A stretch of DNA of 45,738 nt, from positions 1 through 45,738 of the IMG/VR virus record IMGVR_UViG_3300037722_000105; one strand, given 5' to 3'. A model generated the notes under the pieces. The model did not search any database. It had not been told where the DNA came from and was given only the letters and a program-made list of their open reading frames with translations. The position numbers and the translations under genes were made by a program. This stretch comes from a virus. Taxonomy: Duplodnaviria; Caudoviricetes. The first letter of the stretch is position 1; every line of letters begins with the position of its first letter. Below, in pieces: positions 19,626 to 28,482 of the stretch.

Positions 19626-19931
19626 TTACAGGTAGTAGCCTGTGGGCCGAGGATCAGGCGGTATGACTTCAACCTCTTCTCCCAATTCGGTTCTGCCAGG
19701 ATCGAATGCTTCGACCATTTCTGCCAGGTCTTCTAAACTTCCGCCAAGGAAGCTCATGATCTGCTCCCAAGTGTCCAAGAATTGTGCTGTCTCTTCTTCT
19801 GTGCCAGGCTTAATGCCTGCTTCAAACAGGTAGGAGAGGACAGTCAATCTGAATTTGGGATGTCGTGAGTCGAACTCTGATCTTAAATAGTTGGCCTGCT
19901 CTAGAGGGGTAGGCTTATCGCCGTACGCCAT
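19626..19931 (-). CDS. Hypothetical protein
   Basis: Abuts the helicase start. Confidence 0.55.
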   Translation of the reverse strand: MAYGDKPTPLEQANYLRSEFDSRHPKFRLTVLSYLFEAGIKPGTEEETAQFLDTWEQIMSFLGGSLEDLAEMVEAFDPGRTELGEEVEVIPPDPRPTGYYL

Positions 19932-19934
19932 ATG

Positions 19935-20399
19935 TTAGACTGTCGCCTTCTGCTGCGCATCAGCCGCAACCTGCAACGGGCCGAACCTGGGATCAGGATC
20001 ACCGTCAAGGTTAGTCTCCCAAACAGAATCCTTGTTCCCGTTCGGACCCTTGAATGCTGGATGCTTTTCGGGCACTCTACCCTCAGTGATAGCAGTACGG
20101 TAGTCCCGCCAGACCTCATTGTCTTCGCTGAAGAATCCGACACCCTGCTCTTCCTTAGCAGTAGTAGCAGCATTCGTATTGGCCGCTCTAGGAATAAAAC
20201 CCCTATTGTTATTGCCTCCACGTGCTCCACCCTCGTCGGGTTCGATGCCTAGCTTGTTGTGCATGCTAATGAGTGACTCGTATATTTGTATTGTCCTGTC
20301 TTCCAGTTCTTGCATTGCGAAAATGCCTTGGACTGACAGTGAAGCTGATGCTTCCTTGAGTGCAACCTGTAGGAGGATGCTCTTAGTTTTACCGTTCAT
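19935..20399 (-). CDS. Putative ssDNA-binding/recombination-associated protein (likely start 20399)
   Basis: SILLQVALK and VWRDYR..KHPAFK..VW; lies between exonuclease and helicase. Confidence 0.4.
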   Translation of the reverse strand: MNGKTKSILLQVALKEASASLSVQGIFAMQELEDRTIQIYESLISMHNKLGIEPDEGGARGGNNNRGFIPRAANTNAATTAKEEQGVGFFSEDNEVWRDYRTAITEGRVPEKHPAFKGPNGNKDSVWETNLDGDPDPRFGPLQVAADAQQKATV

Positions 20400-20409
20400 A
20401 TTTTGTTTG

Positions 20410-21297
20410 TTATCTCCATGATCTAATAGCAAGGACATTCTCATCCTTGTCGTCGTTAATGTACTTGTCCGTGCAAATATTCCATGCTCCACAATATTTC
20501 GGGGAGCAATACCAGCCTCGTTTAACCTTACCGTACTCTTCTGCTGTTGGTGTGGCAGGAAAAATTCCTGCTTCTAATTGTAGTCCGTACTGGTAGGCTT
20601 GCTGTAAGCTAGCATTAATTTCCTGTTCTGTCCGTGTTACAGGCCAGGAATCCCACACACTGTTCTTCCTGTCGTACACGTCGAACATGAATTCTTGCGG
20701 TGCAATATTACTATTCTGTTTAACTAGTGCCATGTAGAGTCCTGCTTGGACTGCGTGCTGTGCTTTCCCTTCCTTCCACGCTCGACCTGTAGTCTTATGG
20801 TCGTGGATACGGTCAGCGAATACTACGTCTGGTGTTCCCTTCAACCATATGTTACTAGTGTTGCCTTCACCCAAGTACAGGAACATTTCCTCTTCGATTA
20901 TGAGAGGATCATTGAGATGGGGTCGGACCTGCTCCCGCCAAGTGCGGTATGCTACCCCTAGTTCCGAGAAGAAAGAGTCAGGGTCATCGACCTTGTCTAA
21001 AGTCCAGTCGTACTGGTCTTGTAGTATTTCTTCTACCCATTCGCTCATAGTGGAGAGCAAGTCCAACCGCACATTATCTGTGAGTAGGTCTGCTGCGAAA
21101 AGATGGTGAGCGCATGTGCCGAAAACCATAGCTTCCGATACTGGCTCTAAGAATCCATCCTGCGTAGAGTATCCTACTCTAGCACCACATAATTGTAGCT
21201 GATTTATCGTTGATTGTCTGTTTATAGTGTCGGTGTCAGACCGTTCGGGCATTTGCCCTGGCATAGTCTGCCACGAGACGGGTGAGGATAGGGGCAT
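20410..21297 (-). CDS. PD-(D/E)XK (Cas4/RecB-like) exonuclease
   Basis: RQSTINQLQLC, FGTCAH, KGTPD..DHKT, QAGLY, WYCSPKYC..WNIC. Confidence 0.85.
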   Translation of the reverse strand: MPLSSPVSWQTMPGQMPERSDTDTINRQSTINQLQLCGARVGYSTQDGFLEPVSEAMVFGTCAHHLFAADLLTDNVRLDLLSTMSEWVEEILQDQYDWTLDKVDDPDSFFSELGVAYRTWREQVRPHLNDPLIIEEEMFLYLGEGNTSNIWLKGTPDVVFADRIHDHKTTGRAWKEGKAQHAVQAGLYMALVKQNSNIAPQEFMFDVYDRKNSVWDSWPVTRTEQEINASLQQAYQYGLQLEAGIFPATPTAEEYGKVKRGWYCSPKYCGAWNICTDKYINDDKDENVLAIRSWR

Positions 21298-21303
21298 ACA
21301 CCA

Positions 21304-21933
21304 TTATAGGTTGCCGATGATGTCTCGCCCCGTAGCGGCGGACAAGTAGTATCCACGTTTAACCCCACGGTATCGGAGACGCTGCCCGACCCTATTGTTG
21401 AGGGTTTTGGCGTGGTCATATGTGACGCCCATTAGAGCGGCAGCTTCCCGCAGGTCGGGGACACTGGCTAGTATAGTGTAGAGTTCTAGTTCTTCGCCTG
21501 TTCTGATAATCTCATCCAAAGGTGGAAGCTGACTTTCATTATCAGTAACATCTAATGGCGTATAGCCCTCCTGGGGTAGGGCGGACGGGTCGCCGTAAGA
21601 GCGACCAGTCCCGCCATCTTTTCCCGCCAGAAGCATATCTTCTAATATCTCCAACGTCTCCCATTTTGCATGTTGTCCGTTGAGATATTCAGTCGCTAAA
21701 CGGTTGGAGAATCGTTTCAAACCGTCAGCAACCTCACCGACTTCAATAATGGTTAGAAGTGCGGTGGTTAAGAGTCCTACTCTGCCACCTTCGTTGTCGA
21801 GCAACTGGTTCCTGTTCGCTCCCCAACGTAGCATGTTCCTGTAGGATATGGCAACATATTTTCTCGCCTGTTCGAGAACAATATGATAGTCGTCGCCGAA
21901 ATGTAAGAGTATTTGCTGTTGTATTATATTCAT
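21304..21933 (-). CDS. Putative sigma-factor-like/HTH transcription factor
   Basis: 209 aa; C-terminal LREAAALMGVTYDHAKTLNNRVGQRLR resembles a sigma region-4 HTH. Confidence 0.55.
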   Translation of the reverse strand: MNIIQQQILLHFGDDYHIVLEQARKYVAISYRNMLRWGANRNQLLDNEGGRVGLLTTALLTIIEVGEVADGLKRFSNRLATEYLNGQHAKWETLEILEDMLLAGKDGGTGRSYGDPSALPQEGYTPLDVTDNESQLPPLDEIIRTGEELELYTILASVPDLREAAALMGVTYDHAKTLNNRVGQRLRYRGVKRGYYLSAATGRDIIGNL

Positions 21934-22077
21934 TGCAGACCTCCGCCTCTGCTAGCACGGCTAGTAATCAAGAATTTTTTTTACTAAAAATTCTCTCAGG
22001 GACATCTTCCAAAAGAAGATTTGTCCCGTTGGTGGGATGATACACGTCATCCCTTTGCTTATTGTCTTACGTTGTCT

Positions 22078-22695
22078 CTACTGAAAGTCTTTGAACTTCA
22101 ACTTAGTGATAATCCTACTACCATAAGAGTTGAGCAGTTCAACGCCTGGACGTAGCACTACGCCCTCATTCTGTGCTCCTTCATGAAGAACAGACTCAGT
22201 GAAGTCTCCATTCTTTATAGAATTGACCCATTCAGGAAGAGTACCAAGATTTAATATAGGAACGACTGGCACTCCAACGAGCGCAGCTATGTCCCGCACG
22301 TCAGGCCTTTTCAGGAACCCTCCGTGAATCATCACATCGAAAAGCACAAACGCTTTATCGTCACGGTAATGTCCACCCTTCTGAATACCCGCACCATAAC
22401 CCTCACCGATCAGAACAATATCTTCAATCTGTCCTAGTGCGGCCTCTTCAATTAGACGCTGCTGAATTTCCAACAGAATAGGGATCAGGTCGCCTGGTAT
22501 CTGAGCATTATCAGTACGCCCACCAATCCCCTCCAATCCTATACGAATATTCATACCATCAACCTTCTCAGTACCAGACCAGTAAAGATCGGCAAGGTAT
22601 TCGAACTCTGGTCGAGTGTACTCGTCGAGGAATGTTTTGAATTTTGTTTCAGGGTCTCGTTTGAAAACACTATCTATCTTATGATATTCTATCAC
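22078..22695 (-). CDS. ATP-dependent RNA ligase (Rnl2-like adenylation domain)
   Basis: Nucleotidyltransferase motifs TEKVDGMN, IGEGYG, FVLFDV, EGVVLR, TKLK. Confidence 0.9.
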   Translation of the reverse strand: MIEYHKIDSVFKRDPETKFKTFLDEYTRPEFEYLADLYWSGTEKVDGMNIRIGLEGIGGRTDNAQIPGDLIPILLEIQQRLIEEAALGQIEDIVLIGEGYGAGIQKGGHYRDDKAFVLFDVMIHGGFLKRPDVRDIAALVGVPVVPILNLGTLPEWVNSIKNGDFTESVLHEGAQNEGVVLRPGVELLNSYGSRIITKLKFKDFQ

Positions 22696-23291
22696 TTCTG
22701 TTTTACCACTCTTTCCTCAGTAATCTCCACGCCAAGTTTAGTTAGATACTCCCACTGGAACATGCCAGCACGAGCATCATACAGTGCGTCATGCCACTGC
22801 GCAATATCCTGCCCGATACGTTCCTCCGAATAAGCCTTAGCTTCTCGCTTCAACTTCTCGAAAGAAGTGTTGAGCTGTGTTGCTACAACATAACAGACAG
22901 TATTCAGATCGCAGGTACGATATGAAAGTACCTGGTCAAGGATGGGCATGAACTTCTGGACTATAGCTCTATCAAAAGAGCCTACATTCCAACCCATTGC
23001 CACCCTATTCATACGTGGCGTGGTTTTAACACGTTGAAACAGCCAGGCTGCAGCCATCAGATCAACCTCGAAGATTCCTGGCTGTTCGTACAGCTTTCCT
23101 TCTTCAATGTTGTGTACTTTCTGTGATTCCATACTCCACCAGTAAGGGTTGGAGTTGAACGTCCAGCCACCTATTAGCGACTCGTAGGTCTCTCCGCCTG
23201 CAACTATACCTATCTGTATTGGTGCAAGCGTAGCAGTATTGCCCGTGCTTGTTTCGAAATCTAATCCTATTAGTGTCAGATTATCTTGCAT
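22692..23291 (-). CDS. DEDDh 3'-5' exonuclease
   Basis: GLDFET, GWNVGSFD, HDALYDA. Confidence 0.85.
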   Translation of the reverse strand: MQDNLTLIGLDFETSTGNTATLAPIQIGIVAGGETYESLIGGWTFNSNPYWWSMESQKVHNIEEGKLYEQPGIFEVDLMAAAWLFQRVKTTPRMNRVAMGWNVGSFDRAIVQKFMPILDQVLSYRTCDLNTVCYVVATQLNTSFEKLKREAKAYSEERIGQDIAQWHDALYDARAGMFQWEYLTKLGVEITEERVVKQK

Positions 23292-23752
23292 GTTACCTCA
23301 ATTTCATACTGAATGAAGGCTTGCTTCGGGTCGTCTTCTTTGCTGGACAATTACGTGTACAACACATCGGTCCAGTTCGTGGACGATAGGAAGTTCTTTT
23401 ATAAATTTTTCCTACCCTATATTTTTGCCTCATTTTTTCCCTCCGAAATTTTTTATGTGAAAATTCGTCCTAGGATTTTTCTCTTTCAAATACGACAATG
23501 GTACGATAGGTGTGAACCGTGAGGAGCCGAACTGCCCAGCCTGCATCTTCCATTACTGCAATGTTCGCTGCTACCTGATCGAATTCTTCGACGTTTCTGT
23601 GCGCATATATTTCTGTTCTGGTCACTATCATACTATTACCTTAGCTATCTTGATATCACACATCTCATCATCTGAATGCTCATAATATGCTTCGCATGTG
23701 TCATACTTGCGCACCTGCGCTTTGTGTACAATACACCATTCTATTTCAAAGA

Positions 23753-24079
23753 TCATAATTTCACCATCCACAAAGTGTTACTCAACTTCAACCAGCCAAG
23801 CTGCTCTAACCTAGCATGCTGAGTCCTATTGTCAGTCCTCACCGAAGCGAGCAGGGCACGACAACCCTTAGACTTCGCCAATTTCGAAATGAAAGCAAAA
23901 TACTCTTTCGAATAGCCGTTCCCTCTCGCCGCAGGATAAACCCACAACGCATGCGACACCATTAGTTGTTTACTACCAGGAAACGGACTCAACTTGCCAG
24001 TCAGAACACCTGACTGAGTAGATGTTTCACCAATAATCGTATATGTTCCATTCATATCCAGGCTTGTTATAAAGATCAT
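23753..24079 (-). CDS. GNAT acetyltransferase
   Basis: LWVYPAARGNGYS acetyl-CoA motif; ..DN..LEQLGW; ATGA overlap with the ligase stop. Confidence 0.8.
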   Translation of the reverse strand: MIFITSLDMNGTYTIIGETSTQSGVLTGKLSPFPGSKQLMVSHALWVYPAARGNGYSKEYFAFISKLAKSKGCRALLASVRTDNRTQHARLEQLGWLKLSNTLWMVKL

Positions 24080-25386
24080 GCCAACCATCCTGCACTACCA
24101 TGCATAGGAGCATCCCCACCCAAAGTAGGATGCCGATACGAAGGAACCTTCTGAATCAAATCTTTAGGCCACACCTTACCCAACACAGCGTTAAACGGGA
24201 AGATAGCATCATCACACAGTCCAACCATAGCCTGCTGAATACCCCAATACGAATGATGCATTGGAATAAAATCATCATACAAACCCCAGTTAAACTGCAG
24301 GTCATCATCCCACATTAGCCCATCATGATTCCCTTCAACAAACACACGAGCAGCCTGTTCAAAGAAATAAGGATTTGTAGTGCCACCTCCACCACCAGAC
24401 ATAGGATTCGCCAGCGAATTCTTATCTTCCTGATAAGAAGGTATAAGCTTAAATACTACGTCAAGTAGTTCTTCAGCGCCAGTCACATCATGCGTGGCAA
24501 TCACATCATACACTGTTTTAGGACTAACATGCACAGCAATCTTATCCTTCAAAAATTGTTTGTAAGACAAATCATGAGGCACGCCCTCAATAATAGAACG
24601 AACCATGCCCATAGCCCAATACAAGATAGTAGGATGCAAGAGAAGTCTACCGCTCAACGTGCGGAATTCAATCTTATCCAATTTGTCATCATACCTGAAA
24701 GAGCCAGGCTGACCATAATACTGTCGCCGTTCCGTTTCACCTGGCGCAAACTTCTCTCCAAAAATAGCGACTATAGGCAAAGCCACCATATAATCATACA
24801 GAATAGCCAGTGCAGACTGCTCTTCAACATTCTGTTTCGCTCCTACACGAGAAGCGTGGATATGCCCGCCAGTCCACCTGCGTTTATCAGAAGCGTCCAA
24901 AGTGGGAGCTTTAGGCTGTAAAGTATACGCATCCATGTCAGGATTACAGCCGAAAATCAACACATCCTCAGGCGCATTTGTAAACGAAGGCTTATCCAAA
25001 ACAAATTTCGGAGTAGAAGACAATCTAAACGCACCTTTCTTCCACCCGTCAATCTGCAAGGAAACTTGTCTAATAGCCTCAGCAACATAAGGGATAATAT
25101 TATCCCTGCATGCGGAGTTCACGAGAGAACGTACTTCTATGGCTGGACCGTCACGGTCAACTTCAGCGCCCAACATTCTACCCTCTTCTTCACATCCACA
25201 ATCACAGTCCTCTTCACAACGATAATCATTATTGGATTGTTGCGCACGCTGTTCCTCCAACGTGTTAAAGAAATAGAATTGTTGCGGTTCGTTCATGAAC
25301 GTGTGAGCACTACGACCCGCACCAGTCTTCCTGTTAACAATGGCAAGTTCAGGGTCTAATCCCATTCTCGACACATAACGGCTCAT
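24076..25386 (-). CDS. phiEco32-like COOH-NH2 ligase type 2 (glutamine-synthetase fold)
   Basis: GLDPEL, DG.AIE, FGCNPDMDAY, R.TGGHIH, RRQYYGQPGSFR, IEFRTLS. Confidence 0.88.
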   Translation of the reverse strand: MSRYVSRMGLDPELAIVNRKTGAGRSAHTFMNEPQQFYFFNTLEEQRAQQSNNDYRCEEDCDCGCEEEGRMLGAEVDRDGPAIEVRSLVNSACRDNIIPYVAEAIRQVSLQIDGWKKGAFRLSSTPKFVLDKPSFTNAPEDVLIFGCNPDMDAYTLQPKAPTLDASDKRRWTGGHIHASRVGAKQNVEEQSALAILYDYMVALPIVAIFGEKFAPGETERRQYYGQPGSFRYDDKLDKIEFRTLSGRLLLHPTILYWAMGMVRSIIEGVPHDLSYKQFLKDKIAVHVSPKTVYDVIATHDVTGAEELLDVVFKLIPSYQEDKNSLANPMSGGGGGTTNPYFFEQAARVFVEGNHDGLMWDDDLQFNWGLYDDFIPMHHSYWGIQQAMVGLCDDAIFPFNAVLGKVWPKDLIQKVPSYRHPTLGGDAPMHGSAGWLA

Positions 25387-25601
25387 ATACTATTATACTC
25401 CTTTATTAGTTTTTTTACCCATTGAGCAAGTTCGATTGCTTTGTTTTCTAGCTCTTCATGAAATCTACGATTTGTTCCACAATCACAATCCTCATCCATC
25501 CAAGGCATTCGATGCCAGACTTCACAATTTTGAGAATGGTCTTCTCTTGTAGGCCCATCTGCAAGATGCAGAATCTCGTCAGCAAGAATTATATGATTCA
25601 T
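25383..25601 (-). CDS. Small His/Cys-containing hypothetical protein
   Basis: Coupled within the ligase operon; HSQNC..CDCG. Confidence 0.55.
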   Translation of the reverse strand: MNHIILADEILHLADGPTREDHSQNCEVWHRMPWMDEDCDCGTNRRFHEELENKAIELAQWVKKLIKEYNSI

Positions 25602-26030
25602 TCATAACCTTTCGACTCGTTGTCTGAACGAGAATCTATAATATGGGGCGTCAGGAGGACGCCGATGAAATACTTCCAAATTGTTAGCAATAACCAACTG
25701 GAACGGTCCAGGCTGAAAAACCATGTCTCCAACCTGAAATTGTGTAGGCGTAATGTTCGACCACAAAATGAGAGAACAGTCCATGACAGCATTAGGAGAA
25801 TTATCTCCATCCTGATGCCAGTGAACATCCTCAGAGTTAGGCTGTGCTGTACGTCTAACCTCAGCATGCAGTTCACGGTCAAACCATGCTGCTTTAACAT
25901 GATGCCGAGAATTCGGATCGACAAGAGGAGTAAACCCTAGTTCAGCAGTAATAGCCGTTAGGTCTCGTCCTATTCTAAAAGCATAATCGGATTTTGGAAC
26001 ATATTCTGCGAGCACTCTATACCCGTCCAT
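25602..26030 (-). CDS. Minimal 2OG-Fe(II) dioxygenase-like (double-stranded beta-helix) protein
   Basis: WHQD (HxD), distal FHRRP, terminal YRFSFR. Confidence 0.65.
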   Translation of the reverse strand: MDGYRVLAEYVPKSDYAFRIGRDLTAITAELGFTPLVDPNSRHHVKAAWFDRELHAEVRRTAQPNSEDVHWHQDGDNSPNAVMDCSLILWSNITPTQFQVGDMVFQPGPFQLVIANNLEVFHRRPPDAPYYRFSFRQRVERL

Positions 26031-26799
26031 CGTCTATCGCCTTTCCCATAGCTTTCACAATACGCTGTGCCGTCGCCTCGTTTACACCAGGACACGAATT
26101 AACTTCAATGACGTAAGGCTTGATATCGTCAACAATAATATCCCAACCCAAAATAGTAGTCTCCCAATACGGTATGAGCAGAACCGCCTGCTTGATTTGC
26201 GGGATAATCCCATTATCAGCGACCCCATCCACGCCAATCCAATGCCAGTTAAAACCAGTAGGAATAGGCGGCCATCCTTCACTTTGCGGCTCCTTTCTGC
26301 TAGCCTGCACTAGCCTGTCACCTACAGTAATGATACGATATTCAATCCCTTCAATGTGTTCTTGCGTATCATCATTATACCAATTTTCATCACAACCTTC
26401 ATAAAATTTATCATGAAATCTTTTTCCTACTCCACCCCAACCCATACTCTTATGCCAGTGGGCACCAGTATCCTCATCCAATTCAGCAGGAAGAAAATCA
26501 GGCATAGTAACACGTAAAGCCTGCGGTTCCATCACCGCCCACACGCTCTCAATACGATTCCACGTCAACACTTTCTCAGAGAAAAACCCTCGGTCACCTA
26601 AATTCAACACACTATCATAACCATACTGGACAGCAATGTTTTCGATCTGACTATTATTACGGTTCCTTTTAGCGAACCTTACGTTAGCTGAATGCCAGCC
26701 ATTACGGGTCGCTTCGCTTAAAGGAATAGAACGTACAGCAAGAGTTCTCATAGGTTGGGTGGATATTCTTGATTTTCGCTTGAATCGAAAGTAATCCAA
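26017..26799 (-). CDS. ATP-grasp ligase (RimK/YheC-like C-terminus)
   Basis: QEHIEGIEYRI, LGWDII, YVIEVNSCPG. Confidence 0.85.
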   Translation of the reverse strand: MDYFRFKRKSRISTQPMRTLAVRSIPLSEATRNGWHSANVRFAKRNRNNSQIENIAVQYGYDSVLNLGDRGFFSEKVLTWNRIESVWAVMEPQALRVTMPDFLPAELDEDTGAHWHKSMGWGGVGKRFHDKFYEGCDENWYNDDTQEHIEGIEYRIITVGDRLVQASRKEPQSEGWPPIPTGFNWHWIGVDGVADNGIIPQIKQAVLLIPYWETTILGWDIIVDDIKPYVIEVNSCPGVNEATAQRIVKAMGKAIDDGRV

Positions 26800-27527
26800 G
26801 CTGATGAAACAGGTTCAGGAACCTTCACCTTCATAGGATAAGGAGATTTCTTGACAGGTTCAAGCCTAGTCAATTTTGGACCAGGCTCCCCAAGCCGCAG
26901 AAAATGAGAACGCATCGAATATTCGAAACTCTCTTTATCACCAAAACTGTTAGAACTTGCATAAGCATATTCGTTCAACTCATCAGCAGACCAAGAACCC
27001 CAATTTTCCAAATCATTAGAAGGAAGTAAAACAAATCCTCTATACCCAAAATTATTATGACAAGTAATCTTAATATCATGATCTTCAACAAGAAAATCAG
27101 ACAAATCAATCTTAGTATTAACATGCTGATAATATCCAGTATCCATGAATCTGAGAATACGAACATACTGCATGCTCTGCTCTTCGAAAACGCCATTAGA
27201 AGAATACCAATCAGTCCTCGAAAAACCTTTAGTAGGAGTCCAGTAAGGCGCTGGAAAATCACCGTCCTTATAGAAAGCATCATTCAAACTGAAAATGAAA
27301 CCCAAACTAATGTCAGCGCTAGGCTGGGTGAACGTTGCCGACCAGAAAGGACGGCCAGTGCTCAAACTGCCCAAACCATCATGCTGACAGTCATAACAGC
27401 CAAGAGGTATATCCAAAGCAATTTTCTCAGATGTTTCCTCTCGTGTAAAAATTGGGACAATTCCCGACGCACGCTCATAAACTTCCATATCACGTTCAAA
27501 CGACATAGTTCGCCTCCGCCCTATCAA
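26748..27527 (-). CDS. Hypothetical protein in the ligase operon
   Basis: Long ORF overlapping both neighbours; CYDC motif. Confidence 0.6.
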   Translation of the reverse strand: MIGRRRTMSFERDMEVYERASGIVPIFTREETSEKIALDIPLGCYDCQHDGLGSLSTGRPFWSATFTQPSADISLGFIFSLNDAFYKDGDFPAPYWTPTKGFSRTDWYSSNGVFEEQSMQYVRILRFMDTGYYQHVNTKIDLSDFLVEDHDIKITCHNNFGYRGFVLLPSNDLENWGSWSADELNEYAYASSNSFGDKESFEYSMRSHFLRLGEPGPKLTRLEPVKKSPYPMKVKVPEPVSSAWITFDSSENQEYPPNL

Positions 27528-28482
27528 ACAGTCGAGCTAACATAATACCCCCACGAGTATCATCCTCAATTTCCCTCATGCACAGATCACGCAACACGTT
27601 AAACCTTTCTCCATCAACAAGAGCTAACACACCTTCCAAATCATCCTCATAGAAAGCAGCCAACATAATCTTCTGATCATATTTATTACTATAACCAGCG
27701 GCCATAAGCTTATTTAATGTTTTTTCAACAAGCAAAGCCCTAGTAAGAGTAGAAGCCAAGAAAGCGCATGACTCAACATACTCCCAACTAGAATACGCAG
27801 CCTCAAATAAACGCCATTCAATATAGACAAGTTCACCAGGAACAAAATGACGGACATCAATAAAACCATGATGCCCTTTCTTATCCGCCCACCTGACAGG
27901 CTGCCTATAATGCAAGCCTCTACGTTGAGACGTAGTTGAAGCTAAAGCGAACAGTTCAGGTACAAACAAAGACAAAACATGCAGTCCGTCCGCTTTCAAA
28001 CCTTCTTCCATAGTAGCCATTGAAGGAATCTTATATTTCTTCATAGAATATTGTGGTGTCGTAGCAGACACATGCAAGTGGACACTAGGAGAACATTTAT
28101 CATTCCCGTACTTGTCCATTAGCTGGTCAGTCCACACGGCATCTTTAACAACAATATCCCATATTTCTCTTATCTCATCCAACGAATGATCCGCTAACAG
28201 AACAGTAGAAGTAACAAATTCAGCGCCAGTCTCAGGTAGACTAGCATCATAAGTCATAGAAACAATAGGAGGGACAATAACATCTCCACTTCTAACAGTT
28301 CTGCAACCACCAGCCTTACAATCACAAGAATAAGTATGAATTTCCTCCCACAATGTTTCTCCACCAATCATATGATCTTTAGCAAGAAGCTCTCGTGCCA
28401 CATCATGAAACGTCCTCTCATTATCCCATATGGGCACTTCAATTTCCACACCAACCCTAACCACACTAGTATCAACTAGCAT
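27496..28482 (-). CDS. Putative amidoligase (second glutamine-synthetase-fold COOH-NH2 ligase)
   Basis: GVEIEV, YDASL..GAEFVT, SVHLHVS, YIEWRLF. Confidence 0.8.
   Translation of the reverse strand: MLVDTSVVRVGVEIEVPIWDNERTFHDVARELLAKDHMIGGETLWEEIHTYSCDCKAGGCRTVRSGDVIVPPIVSMTYDASLPETGAEFVTSTVLLADHSLDEIREIWDIVVKDAVWTDQLMDKYGNDKCSPSVHLHVSATTPQYSMKKYKIPSMATMEEGLKADGLHVLSLFVPELFALASTTSQRRGLHYRQPVRWADKKGHHGFIDVRHFVPGELVYIEWRLFEAAYSSWEYVESCAFLASTLTRALLVEKTLNKLMAAGYSNKYDQKIMLAAFYEDDLEGVLALVDGERFNVLRDLCMREIEDDTRGGIMLARLFDRAEANYVV

Noticed and set aside
20410-21297. CRISPR-Cas (Cas4-like protein)
   Set aside because: Stand-alone phage exonuclease; I saw no repeat-spacer array or other cas genes
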